This document shows, one piece after another, positions 32,920 through 43,482 of a stretch of 64,000 nt of DNA. A program made the translations under genes and the position numbers. This DNA comes from an uncultured Gemmataceae bacterium (GTDB lineage Bacteria; Planctomycetota; Planctomycetia; Gemmatales; Gemmataceae), in contig CAVVPN010000011.1 in the NCBI GenBank assembly GCA_963750165.1, forward strand, positions 2,144,001 through 2,208,000, read 5' to 3'. Every line of letters begins with the position of its first letter. Position 1 is the first letter of the stretch. The notes beneath the pieces were generated by a model. That model ran no database searches. It was not told where the DNA came from and worked only from the letters and a program-made list of their open reading frames with translations.

Positions 32920-33717
32920 ATGCAAGTAGTCATCCTCTGCGGCGGCCAGGGCACCCGCATTCGCGACGTGGCCGACGACCTCCCCAAGCCGATGATCCCC
33001 GTCGGCGGCCGGCCGATTCTCTGGCACATCATGAAGGGCTACGCCCAGCACGGCTTCAAACGCTTCATCCTCTGCCTGGGCTACAAGAGCTGGGCCATCA
33101 AGCAATACTTCCTCAACTACGCCCTGGCCGACTCCGACCTGACGGTGGACCTCGGCGGCGCCGTCGAGGTGCGGCCGCCGTATCGGCTGGAGGACTGGCA
33201 GGTGACGCTGGCGGAAACCGGCGAGCACACCATGACCGGCGGCCGCGTCAAGCGTATCGAGAAATACCTGGAGGGGGAGCACTTCCTGCTGACCTATGGC
33301 GACGGCGTGGCCGACGTGAACCTGCGGGCGCTGGTGAACTTCCACCTCCGCCAGGGCCGCACGGGCACGGTGACGGCGGTCCATCCGCCGGGCCGCTTCG
33401 GCGAGATCGAGGTCGCGGACGGCCGGGCCGTCGAGTTCAATGAGAAGCCACTGTTGACGCAGGGTCTGGTCAGCGGCGGCTTCTTCGTCTTCCACCGCCG
33501 CTTCGTTGAGCAGTTGCCGGCGCGCGACGACCTGGTACTGGAGCGCGACCCACTGTGCGGCCTGGCCCGCGCCGGTCAGCTGGCGGCTTACGTCCATGAC
33601 GGATTCTGGCATTGCATGGACAACAGCCGGGATTATCATTTCCTGAATGATTTATGGGCGCGCGGCGTGGCTCCCTGGGATACCTGGTCCGCGGAGGCGC
33701 AGCGGCGGGCGGCATAA
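32920..33717 (+). CDS. rfbF: Glucose-1-phosphate cytidylyltransferase
   Basis: LCGGQGTR, PKPM, TMTGGR, LTYGDG, GFWHCMD. Confidence 0.9.
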   Translation: MQVVILCGGQGTRIRDVADDLPKPMIPVGGRPILWHIMKGYAQHGFKRFILCLGYKSWAIKQYFLNYALADSDLTVDLGGAVEVRPPYRLEDWQVTLAETGEHTMTGGRVKRIEKYLEGEHFLLTYGDGVADVNLRALVNFHLRQGRTGTVTAVHPPGRFGEIEVADGRAVEFNEKPLLTQGLVSGGFFVFHRRFVEQLPARDDLVLERDPLCGLARAGQLAAYVHDGFWHCMDNSRDYHFLNDLWARGVAPWDTWSAEAQRRAA

Positions 33718-33750
33718 TCTCGGTGAGATAGGCTCAGGCAAGGAGTCGCC

Positions 33751-34758
33751 ATGAGCGAGCGGAACGGATTCTGGCGCGACCGCCGCGTCCTGGTCACAGG
33801 CTGCACCGGCCTGGTTGGCGCCTGGACGACGCGCGCCTTGCTGGAACGCGGTGCCCACGTTGTCGGCCTGGTGCGCGATCAGGTGGCCGGCTCCGAACTG
33901 GTCCGCGGAGGCCTCGACCGCCAGATCGACGTGGTCCGCGGCTGCGTCGAGGACGAACCCCTTCTCGGCCGGGTGCTGGCCGAATACGAAATTCAAACCG
34001 TCTTTCACCTCGCCGCCCAGACCATCGTCGGCATCGCCAACGCCAGTCCGCTGTCCACCTTCGAGACGAACATCAAGGGAACGTGGTGTTTGCTGGAGGC
34101 AGCGCGGCGCCGCGGTCAGCCGCCACACATCATCGTCGCCTCGTCGGACAAGGCGTATGGCGATCAGGCAGTGCTGCCGTACACCGAGGACACGCCACTG
34201 ACCGCCCGCCATCCCTACGACGTGAGCAAGGCCTGCGCCGATCAGCTGGCGCTGATGTACCACCACAGCTATCGCCTGCCGGTGTGCGTGACGCGCTGCG
34301 GCAACTTCTACGGCGGCGGCGATCTGAACTGGAACCGTCTCATCCCCGGCACCATCCGCGCTGCGCTGCGCAACGAGCGGCCGCTCATCCGCTCCGACGG
34401 TACCTTCACGCGCGACTACTTCTACGTCAAGGACGGAGCCGCGGCGTACCTGCACCTGGCGGAGCGCATGGCCCATGATGCGGACGTGTGCGGCCAGGCG
34501 TTCAACTTCTCGACCGAGACACCGCTGAGTGTGCTGGCGGTCGTCAACCGCGTGCTGCGGCTGCTGGCATCGCCGCTGACGCCGCAGGTGCTCAACGAGG
34601 CGTCGAACGAGATTCGCGACCAGTTTCTCTCGGCGGAAAAAGCGCGGCGGCTGCTCGGCTGGTCGCCGGCCTACGCCCTGGACGACGCGCTGCGCGAGAC
34701 CATCGCGTGGTATCGCGATTACTTCGCGACGGCAGCGCCCCGGCCGCTGGCGGCGTAG
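33751..34758 (+). CDS. rfbG: CDP-glucose 4,6-dehydratase-like
   Basis: [38 protein letters not shown]. Confidence 0.85.
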   Translation: MSERNGFWRDRRVLVTGCTGLVGAWTTRALLERGAHVVGLVRDQVAGSELVRGGLDRQIDVVRGCVEDEPLLGRVLAEYEIQTVFHLAAQTIVGIANASPLSTFETNIKGTWCLLEAARRRGQPPHIIVASSDKAYGDQAVLPYTEDTPLTARHPYDVSKACADQLALMYHHSYRLPVCVTRCGNFYGGGDLNWNRLIPGTIRAALRNERPLIRSDGTFTRDYFYVKDGAAAYLHLAERMAHDADVCGQAFNFSTETPLSVLAVVNRVLRLLASPLTPQVLNEASNEIRDQFLSAEKARRLLGWSPAYALDDALRETIAWYRDYFATAAPRPLAA

Positions 34759-34797
34759 CGGAAGCGCGCTAAGCCGCCAGCGGCAGAAAGAAGAGAG

Positions 34798-35731
34798 ATG
34801 CGCGAACGAGTGCTGGTAACCGGCGGCGGCGGCTTCCTCGCCGCGACCCTGGCGCGAACTGATCGACGCCGGGCAGGACGTTCATCTGCTGCTACGGCCG
34901 CAGACGGATCGCTGGCGCCTCGCCGGACTGGAGGGGCGCTGCACCGCGCACGCCGCCGACCTGCTCGACGCCACGGCGGTGCGGGCGGCGCTGGCCGCGG
35001 CGCGGCCCGAGGTCGTTTATCACCTGGGCTCACCGGCCACGCGCCCCGGTCAGAAACCACGGGCGGCGCTGGCCGACGACCTGCTGGCCACAGCGAACGT
35101 GCTCGCCGCCACCCACGCCGAGGGCTGTCGCATACTCGTCCACGCCGGCAGCGGTGGGGAATGTGGCCCGCACACGGGGCCGGTCCCGGAAGGTGCCCCG
35201 GTCGATCCACGCACGGAATACACGCTGGCCAAGGCAATGGCGACGCTGCTGTGCCTGGTGGACAGCCATCAGGGCCGGCCGGTGGTGGTCGTGCGCGTCT
35301 TCGCCGCTTACGGCCCCTGGGAGGGGGCGCACCGGTTGGTGCCGTACCTGATGGACTGCTGCCTGCGCGGCGCGGCGCCGCGCGTGTCAGCGGGCTGGCA
35401 ACGCCGCGACTTCATCCACGCCGCGGACGTGACCGCGCTGCTCCGCCGGGCCGCCGCGCTGCCGCCGACGCCGGGCCTGGTGCTGCACGCCGGCTGCGGC
35501 CGCGAACACACTGTCCGCGACATGGTGGACACGGTGCTCGCCGTCTGCGGCAGTCGGGCCGCGCCCGTCTACGGCGCCGAGGCACTGCGCCCCGGCGAAC
35601 CGGAGCGTTACCTCGCCGCGGTGGAGCAGACGCAGGCCCGAACGGGCTGGGCACCACGCTTCGACCTGCGGGCCGGGGTGGAGCACACGTGGGACTGGTT
35701 TCGGCAACACGCCGGCCGCCGGGCGGCCTGA
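34798..35731 (+). CDS. NAD-dependent epimerase/reductase (frameshifted in the 5' part)
   Basis: VLVTGGGGFL in one frame; YTLAK and RDFIH in ORF 34979-35731. Confidence 0.8.
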
Positions 35732-35753
35732 GCTTGCCGCGAAGGAGACGGGC

Positions 35754-37008
35754 ATGCGCGTCGATCACTGCCGCGTCTGCCGCGGGACCGCCCTGCGGCC
35801 GTTCCTCGACCTGGGCAGCACCGCCCTGGCCAACCGCTTTCTGCCGCCCGGCCGCGTCGGCGAACCGGAACCGTTCTACCCTCTGCGCGTGGTCTTTTGC
35901 GAGGATTGCGGTCTGGTGCAGCTCGACGAGGAGGTCGCGCCGGAAGAACTGTTCAAGCAGTACATCTACTTCTCCGGCACCTCGGACCTGGTCCACACGC
36001 ACGCCGACTTCCTGGCGCGACACTTCCGAGATGTTTGCCCCCTGCGCCGGGCGACCTGGTGCTGGAGGCGGCCAGCAACGACGGCACCGTGCTGCGCGCG
36101 TTCCTGCAAACGGGGGTTCGCACCCTGGGCGTCGAGCCGGCCGAGAACATCGCCGCGGAGGCCGTGCGCCGCGGCGTCGAAACGCATTGCGCCTTCTTCA
36201 ACGCGGCCACGGCGGCGGAGGTCCGCGAGCGCTGGGGGCCGGCCAGGCTGGTGCTGGCCCGCCACGTCCTGGCCCACGTTGCCGACCTGCACGGCTTCGT
36301 CCACGGTCTGCATACCGTGCTCGCGCCGGATGGCCTCGTCGCCGTCGAGTGTCCGCACCTGCTGCCTTTCCGCGCCCGGCTGGAGTTCGACACCGTTTAC
36401 CACGAACACCTCTGCTACTTCTCCGTGCGCGTGCTGCAGACGTTGTTCCACCGCTTCAGCCTGGAGGTGGTGGACGTGCTGGAGGTGGGCATTCACGGCG
36501 GCTCGGTGGTGGTGTCGGCGCAGTGCGCCGGCGGCCCACGTCGGCCGACGCCGGCCGTGGCGGACGTGCTTCGACGCGAAGAGCAAGCCGGGTTGCACCT
36601 ACCGGAGACCTGGGCACGCTTCTCGGGCCGGGTGGCCCGGAGCCGGGCGAGTCTGCTGGAGGAACTGGACCGCCTGGCCGCCGCGGGCCACACCGTCGCC
36701 GGTTACGGCGCCCCGGCCAAGGGCATGACGCTGCTGGCCTACTGCGGTCTGGGCCCGCGGCAGATTCCGTACCTGGTGGACCGCAGCCCGCACAAGCAGG
36801 GGCTGTTGACGCCCGGCCACCACATTCCCGTGTGCGCCCCGAGCGCCTGCTGCGCGATCGTCCTGACGTGTTGCTGGTGCTCGCCTGGAATTTCGCCGAC
36901 GAGATCGTCCGCCAGCAGGCCGAGTATGCGCGGCGCGGCGGCTGTTTCTTGCTGCCGGTCCCGGTGGCCCACTACCGCCGTCCGGAGCTGGGCGGCGCGG
37001 CGGCGTAG
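35754..37008 (+). CDS. NDP-sugar C-methyltransferase (two frameshifts)
   Basis: CRVC…CEDCGLVQL, ASNDG, FDTVYHEH, GYGAPAKG, LAWNFADEI. Confidence 0.88.
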
Positions 37009-37034
37009 GAGTTCTGCGGCTTGCCGATTAAAGC

Positions 37035-37122
37035 GTTCGGAACGAAGGAACCACGGATAACACCAATAAAACCCAATTCTTTTGTGTTAATTCGTGTTTT
37101 CCGTGGTTCCTTCGTTCCGAAC
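37035..37122. repeat. REP-like hairpin
   Basis: gttcggaacgaaggaaccacgga… versus …tccgtggttccttcgttccgaac. Confidence 0.75.
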
Positions 37123-37203
37123 TTTCTTGGAGGAGGAGCGCCAGGTGGCTTGCCGCAGAAGAGAAGAGGTCCGGTGCCGGGCCAATCATCAAGAGGTCGT
37201 GAC

Positions 37204-39460
37204 ATGGCTGTCGCCGACACACTACCCACCCCTTCCCCGCGGGTCGCATCACCCGACGACATCTCTGGCCGCACCGAACTTTGGAAGAACACCGCCGGCT
37301 ACCTAGGTGTCGTGGTCGTGAGCCTGGCCGCGCTGACTGTCCTGTTTGACCTCTGGCGCACCGACCTGTCTGTGCCGTTTTACTACAGCACCGATAACCT
37401 GTTCCACCTGATGCTCGTGCAGACCGTCCTCGAAGAAGGCTGGTATCTGAACAACACGCGCCTGGGTATGCCCACCGGTCTCAACGTCAGCGATTTCCCG
37501 ATGCCGGACGTGCTGCATTACGCCGTCATCAAACTGCTGGGCTACGTCTGCCCCGGAGCGGGACTGGTACAAAACCTGTATTACATCCTGCAATTCCCGC
37601 TGATCGCGCTGGCCGCCTATTTCGCCCTCCGCCGCCTCCGCGTCGGCCGCCTCACCGGCCTGGTGGCCGCCGTGCTCTATGCGTTTTTGCCCTACCACCT
37701 CGTCCGCCTGCAGGGGCACCTGTGCCTCACCGGTTACTACCTGGTGCCGCTGCTGGTCCTGATCGTCATCCGCGTCGGCCTGGGCCGCTACCCGTTCCTG
37801 CACACCGGCGACGACGGCCGCGCCCGCTGGCGCTTCGTCAGCTGGGGGGCCGCGGGTGCGGCGCTGGTGTGCGTGCTGACCGGCGTGGCCGGCGCCTACT
37901 ACGCCTTTTTTTCCTGCTTTTTCCTGCTGGCGGTGGGCGTGCGCTCTGCGTTCCGCGAACGGCGCGCGGCGCCGCTCTGGGTCGCGGCCGTCCTGATCCT
38001 GTTGACCGCCGGGAGCCTCGGCGTCGCCATGCTGCCGACGTTCCTGCACACGGCCCGCTGGGGTAAGAACCCGGCGGCGCTGGGCCGCGCCCCGGCCGAG
38101 GCTGACCTGTATGGCCTGAGCGTTAGTGAGATGCTGCTGCCGGTCGAGGGCCACCGGCTGGCGAGGTTGCACTGGCTGCGGCAAAAATTTCTGGCGCCGC
38201 CGCGTACTCCGACCGGGGAGCACTTTGCGACACCGCTGGGAGTGGTGGCGTCGCTGGGCTTGCTGTGGCTGGTCGGCCGGTTTCTGTGGCGCCGCCCTGG
38301 CCCGACGGAGTCGGTCGAGGACACGCTGGCTTACCTGACCGTCGCGGCGGTGCTCCTCGGCACCGTCGGCGGCTTCGGCGCCGCGTTCAACTTCTACGTG
38401 ACGCCGCAGATCCGCTGCTACAACCGCATCAGCATCTTCATCGGCTTTTTCGCCCTGGCCGCCCTGGCGCTGCTCGTCCGGCGCTGGGCCGCGCGCCGCG
38501 CCGTCACCCCGCGGGCGCGGGCCGCGGGCGTTGCCGGGTTGGTGCTGGTTCTGGTGCTCGGTCTGCTCGATCAGACGCCGCTGAACATTATTCTGGCCAG
38601 TGCGGAAGCGCGGCAGCAGTACGAATCGGACGCCGACTTCGGCCGGCGCCTGGAGGCCGAATTACCCGCGGGGGCGATGGTCTATCAGCTGCCCCATGTG
38701 TTCTTCCCGGAGGGACAGCCCGTCCAGCGCCTTCAGGGGGGATACGAACTGTTCCGACCCTACTTCCACACGCGCACGCCTGCGCTGGAGCTTTGGGGCC
38801 ATGAAGGGCCGCCCCGACAGCCTGTGGCAGGCCGCACTCACGGAGTTGCCGCCAGCGGAGGCGCTGCCGGTGTTGACCGAGGCCGGCTTTCGCGGCCTTT
38901 ACCTGGACCGTGCCGGCTACGCCGATGATGGCGTCGCGCTGGAGGCGGAGTTGACGCGGCTGCTGGGCGTGCGGCCGCTGGTGAGCCGCACCGGCCGCCA
39001 ACTCTTCTTCAACCTGACGGCTTACGCCGCGGCGCTGCGCGGCGGCGCCGGCGAGGCCGAGTGGGAGGGACGGCGGCAGGCGGCCCTGCACCGCGTCGGC
39101 CTGCGCTGGGGCACGACGTTCAGCCCCCTGGAACAGGACAGTGCGGGGACGTATCGCTGGTGCGTGGCGAAAGGGCAGCTGCGGCTGCACAACCCGCTGG
39201 ATCGGCCGCGGACGGTGGTGCTCGAAATGCAGTGCTCCCTGGCGCAGGGGCAGCCGGCTTGCCTGATCGTTGACGGGAAACGGTGGCGGCAAGAAATGAC
39301 GCTGACGACTGTGCCGCAACCGCTCCGGCTCGAGGTGGTCCTGCCGCCGGGCAATCACCTGGTGCATTTTTCCTGCAACGGCGCCGCGGTGCCGCTGCCC
39401 GGCGGCGCCCGCTTGGCCGTGTTCCGAGTGGGCCAGTTCCGGTGCCGCGCCGCGGACTGA
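37204..39460 (+). CDS. Polytopic membrane protein, GT-C-like glycan transferase candidate (frameshift near 38780)
   Basis: About 12 TM segments, LYAFLPYH, PQIRCYNRISIFI, YQLP..FPE, WSFGAMKGR in the second frame. Confidence 0.7.
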
Positions 39461-39489
39461 GCTGCCGCGGCGCGGCACCGAACCCGGCG

Positions 39490-40194
39490 TTATTGCGTGG
39501 CCCTGGCCATCAGGTCTGCCTCCTTGCTGTGCAGTGCCTGCAGGATCAGGTCGGCGCACTCGGACACCGACCACTGCGAGGTGTTCAACACCAGATCATA
39601 ATTCGCGGCCCGCGTCGGGTCCGCCAGGAAGTGGCGGCGCAGGAACCGGTCACGGTCGCGGCTCAGGGCATCGATCCGCCGCGCTGCCTCCTGCCGGTCC
39701 ACGTGCAACTGCCGGCTCACAGCCGTGATGCGGTCCTCCAGGTCGCCGACCAGGCGCAGGCGCAGGGTGGTGGGCGCCGGCAGCAACTGCGCTGCTCCGC
39801 GGCCGACGAGCACGCAATGGCCCTCGGCTGCCAGGGTGCGGATCAATCGGATCAGCTGGTGGACGAATGTGTTCTCCGTCAGCCGGGTGGACGTGCCGAG
39901 GCCCTCCAGGAACTCCAGCATCCAGTGCCGCGGCCGCTCGTCGATGTGCTCCAGTTCGCGAACCGGCAGGCCGAGTTCCGTGGCGACCTGTTCCAGCAGT
40001 TCGTGGTCGTGGACGGGCCAACCGAGGCGGCCGCCGACAGCCTCGGCGACCTGGTGCGCCGGCGTCCCGACCTCGCGCGCGATGGCGACGGTCAGACCGG
40101 TCGCGGTGGCGCGCTCGGCGGGCCGGCCGCCGCGGTAGCCTTGTTCCAGTTCCAGGGCGTGAGCCTGCCGAGGCAGGAAAAACACTTCCTTCAT
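39490..40194 (-). CDS. Cytidylate kinase-like family protein
   Basis: VAIAREVG, VLVGRGA, YDLVLNT. Confidence 0.85.
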   Translation of the reverse strand: MKEVFFLPRQAHALELEQGYRGGRPAERATATGLTVAIAREVGTPAHQVAEAVGGRLGWPVHDHELLEQVATELGLPVRELEHIDERPRHWMLEFLEGLGTSTRLTENTFVHQLIRLIRTLAAEGHCVLVGRGAAQLLPAPTTLRLRLVGDLEDRITAVSRQLHVDRQEAARRIDALSRDRDRFLRRHFLADPTRAANYDLVLNTSQWSVSECADLILQALHSKEADLMARATQ

Positions 40195-40299
40195 GCCAAA
40201 CCTCCAATGAAAAAAGGTGATGCAACTCGTAGGGCTGCGGCCCCCAGCGCGGAGGACCGCCCGTGGTTGACGGCGGGCGTGTAGCCGAACGAGGTTATC

Positions 40300-40674
40300 T
40301 CAAAGGAGGAGTGTGAGGAGCGTCAGGTAGAGTGGCGCGAGGATGGAGACGTGGCGCGGCAGCAGTTCGGCGCCGTGGCAGTCAAACGCTGGCAGTGGAA
40401 CGGGCGGGACAGCGGTCCAGGCTGTCCTGTCGTGCGCATGCGACCGCTCCGGATTTTCCTGGTCGTCTTCCTGTGGGAGCACGGCAAGTTTGCCGGGGCG
40501 GCGTGGGTGACGGTTCGGGGCGTGCCCCACCGGCTTGGCGGACCAGTGCCCGGTTCGCTGCCCACCGCGTGGCGCCCGACGGGGCGTGACCGCTGAGGTC
40601 TCCGGACGGCAGTCCGCCCACAGCCCCATCAGGCACGCCATCAACATCAGGGTGACTGGTCGGAAGGAGGTCAT
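40300..40674 (-). CDS. Hypothetical protein
   Basis: Signal-like N-terminus and LYLTLLTLLL C-terminus. Confidence 0.4.
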   Translation of the reverse strand: MTSFRPVTLMLMACLMGLWADCRPETSAVTPRRAPRGGQRTGHWSAKPVGHAPNRHPRRPGKLAVLPQEDDQENPERSHAHDRTAWTAVPPVPLPAFDCHGAELLPRHVSILAPLYLTLLTLLL

Positions 40675-40938
40675 AACACGAGATTCCGCGGGACGACCTT
40701 CTTTCCTGCATAACGCGCCACGCTGTCGATGTCAACAGTGCAGGCGGCCGTTTTTTCTGACCGTCACGGATTGTGAGGCGGGCAATCTCCACTGGGCCGA
40801 TTTTTACGCCGGAGGCTTTGTATCCCAAAGCCCAGGGTCGCGCAGCGCACCCTGGGAACCAGACTTGACCTGTTTGCGGAAACAGCCGCGCCGGCGTTAC
40901 CCCAGTGCCGAGGCCCTGGCGCCTCCTGGGGTGCCGAA

Positions 40939-40978
40939 TCTCGACGTGTGAAAAAGTTGGCGTCCTTGGCGTCCTTGC
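40939..40978 (+). repeat. Dispersed intergenic motif, copy 2
   Basis: TCTCGACGTGTGAAAAAG(TTGGCGTCC)2TTGC. Confidence 0.75.
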
Positions 40979-41101
40979 ACGGCGTGGCGCAGCCTGGCAG
41001 GCAGCGGGCGTGCTCCGTCCGGAACTGACGGGGTGGGCAAGCGGCGCCGCGCTGTGATACAATTCGCGGGTGTGGAAGCGATTTCCCAAACGAACCTGCG
41101 G

Positions 41102-41722
41102 ATGAATGACGGCGTGCTGAATGTGGCGCAGATCATCCCCTGCACCGAGGCGGAGGGGCCGGGGCAGCGTTTCGCGCTGTGGTTCCAGGGCTGTCCGCTG
41201 CGCTGCCCCGGCTGCTGCAACCCAGAAATGCTGCCGTTCCAGGGCGGTCAATCGCTGACGCTGGCGGAGGTGCTGGCGCAGCTTGACGCGGCCCGGGAAC
41301 TGGGCGTCGAGGGTATCACGCTGCTGGGCGGTGAGCCGCTGGCACACGCGGTCCCGGCGGCGGCGCTGGCGCGGGCGGCACGGCAGCGCGGGCTGTCGGT
41401 GATGGTCTTCAGCGGCTACACATTGGAAGAAGCCCAAAATCTTCCCGAGCCGGCGGTCGCGGACCTGCTCGGCCTGACCGACATTCTCGTGGACGGCCCA
41501 TACCTGCGCGACCAGGCCGAGACGCGGCGGCGCTGGATCGGCTCGCGCAACCAGCGCATCCACTTTTTGACCGACCGCTATCGTGCGGCCGATCCGTGCT
41601 GGCAGCGCGGCAACACGCTGGAAATCCGCCTGGCCGGCGGCGCGGTGACGGTCAACGGCTTCCCGGCGCCGGCAGCGGTCGGTCTGTGGAAGCGCCTCGC
41701 GACCCACAAGGAGGCGACGTGA
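41102..41722 (+). CDS. NrdG-like radical SAM (4Fe-4S single cluster) protein
   Basis: EGPG, WFQGCPLRCPGCCNP, GGEP, DILVDGPY, GSRNQ. Confidence 0.9.
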   Translation: MNDGVLNVAQIIPCTEAEGPGQRFALWFQGCPLRCPGCCNPEMLPFQGGQSLTLAEVLAQLDAARELGVEGITLLGGEPLAHAVPAAALARAARQRGLSVMVFSGYTLEEAQNLPEPAVADLLGLTDILVDGPYLRDQAETRRRWIGSRNQRIHFLTDRYRAADPCWQRGNTLEIRLAGGAVTVNGFPAPAAVGLWKRLATHKEAT

Positions 41723-42786
41723 ACGTCACGGAGGAACAGGCGCAGCCGAGCGTGTCGCGCTTCGAGGCGAATCTGCTGCGGATTTTGCGCTACTTCCTCC
41801 GTCGCTTCCCGGCGGAGCGGGCGACGCCACTGATCTACCAGGCGATCCCGCGACCGCCGTGTCTGAGCCGCGCGGCGGTGCGGCTGGTGGAGGACACGCT
41901 GGCCAAGGGCGTGCCGCTGCTGCTGGCGCGCGGCGGCGGTTGGCGGCGCGAGCGCCACCTGCGCAACGGCCAGCGCGTCGAGGGCCGGCTGTGGGAGCGG
42001 ACGCAGCCGCGCGAACTGGGCCTGACGTTCTCGAAGCAGGCGCTGGAGCTGCTGCTGTGGCTCACCGCGGAGAACCCGACGGATCGCAAGACGCAGTGGT
42101 GGCAGCCGGACGTGGCGGCGCTGACGGCGGGCGATCAACTGCTGTTCCTGTTCGCGCTCGGCGGCCTGGTGCCGCCAGTGCCGCCGACCCTGCTCAGCGG
42201 CGTCGGCTTCGCGAACCTCGGCCTGTGTCGGCTGTCCTACCCGGAGCATTTCGCCGCCCTGACGCAGGCGGTGCCGTTCTCGTTCGCAGGTTGGACCGAC
42301 GGCCCCGGGGCGGCGCTGCTGGAGGCACTGCAACCGGAACTGCTGCGGCGCTGGCTGGACGTGGAGCACACCAAGCCGAAGCAGGCCAACTGGCAGTCGC
42401 TGCAGGCGCTCGGCCGCGAGCAGGAGCGCGTGCTGACGGCGTTTCTGGACGCGGTGGAGCGTGCGAGCCGGCTGGACCTGGCCCGGTTCTTGCTACGGGT
42501 GCTGGCGGAACTGCTGCACGAAGGCGCGACGGCGCAGCGCTGGCTCGGCGGTTTGAAGAACGCCGGGCCGCGGCTGGCCGACCGCAACGTGACGCACCGG
42601 GCGGCGCTGGCGCTGCTACATCAGTTGGAGCGGCTGCGGCGCTGGTCGCTGCAGGCGCGGAACGTCAGTTATTTCGATGCTCATTACGCGGCCAGTCAGC
42701 TGTGGAAGGCCGACTGGGAGCAGGCCCAGGGCGACGTGCTCTGGGCGCGGGCGCAGCGGATTCTGCGCGAGGTGGAGCCGTTGTAA
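41719..42786 (+). CDS. Helical protein of an FtsH-like operon (probable ternary-system X domain)
   Basis: GTGA overlap with the upstream gene, AGGAGG RBS, VSRFEANLLRIL…SQLWKADWE. Confidence 0.7.
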   Translation: MNVTEEQAQPSVSRFEANLLRILRYFLRRFPAERATPLIYQAIPRPPCLSRAAVRLVEDTLAKGVPLLLARGGGWRRERHLRNGQRVEGRLWERTQPRELGLTFSKQALELLLWLTAENPTDRKTQWWQPDVAALTAGDQLLFLFALGGLVPPVPPTLLSGVGFANLGLCRLSYPEHFAALTQAVPFSFAGWTDGPGAALLEALQPELLRRWLDVEHTKPKQANWQSLQALGREQERVLTAFLDAVERASRLDLARFLLRVLAELLHEGATAQRWLGGLKNAGPRLADRNVTHRAALALLHQLERLRRWSLQARNVSYFDAHYAASQLWKADWEQAQGDVLWARAQRILREVEPL

Positions 42787-42787
42787 A

Positions 42788-42888
42788 CCCCGGCGAGCGG
42801 GGTCGCGTCAGCGCCCCGTGGTCACGCACGGGCGCTGACGCGGTCCCGTGCAAGTGCACGAGGCGCTGACGCGGCCCCGCTCGCCGGA
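42788..42888. repeat. REP-like inverted repeat
   Basis: ccggcgagcggggtcgcgtcagcgcc… versus …ggcgctgacgcggccccgctcgccgg. Confidence 0.75.
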
Positions 42889-42907
42889 TCGAATCGGGAG
42901 ATGAACC

Positions 42908-43476
42908 ATGAGCCGAGCCTATCGCATCAAGGTCCGCGAGAGCCAGAACCGCACGGTCAAGGCCCGCGACCACGTCAGCACCCAGCTCGAAATCCTGAGC
43001 ATCCTGCCGCCCGAGCAGATGGCCGATCTGCTGGCGAAGGCACTGGAGGAGCAGGGCTTCGAGCGCTGCGGCGACCAGCTGTCGCGCGAGCAGAACGGCG
43101 TCGTCATCGTCGTGGACGCGACGACCGGCATCGTCAGCGTCCATAGTGAGGACGAGCGGGCCGTCACCGTCGAGGGCGAACTCGACGGCTACGCGCCAAC
43201 CCCGGACGGCGCAGTGCAAAGCAGGCGCGCGAGCAGTTGCAGAAGGACCTGCAGCGCAAGCTCGACCAGAAGACCAGGGGCCACGAGGACGAGTTGCAGA
43301 CTAAGGTCACCGACCGGCTCGAACAGCAGCTCGCCGGTCTGCGCCAGGAGTTGAACCAGGTCGTCAACCGCGTCACCGCCGAGGCGCTCGAGCGCAAGGC
43401 CGCCCAGCTCGGCCAGATCAAGGAACTGACGGAAGACCCGCAGACCGGCTCTCTCACCATTGTTCTGGAAGTGTAG
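42908..43476 (+). CDS. Coiled-coil protein of the FtsH-like operon (frameshift near 43220)
   Basis: MSRAYRIKVRES… joined to …ALERKAAQLGQIKELTEDPQTGSLTIVLEV. Confidence 0.75.
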
Positions 43477-43482
43477 CGCCTC

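Noticed and set aside
30525..33032. Long antisense ORFs such as 30525-33032, 43189-45723 and 49466-51733
   Set aside because: Shadows of GC-rich genes on the other strand; only 30525-30815 looks real
41102..41722. Anaerobic ribonucleotide reductase activase nrdG
   Set aside because: No nrdD nearby and it is coupled to the FtsH-like operon, so the symbol is withheld
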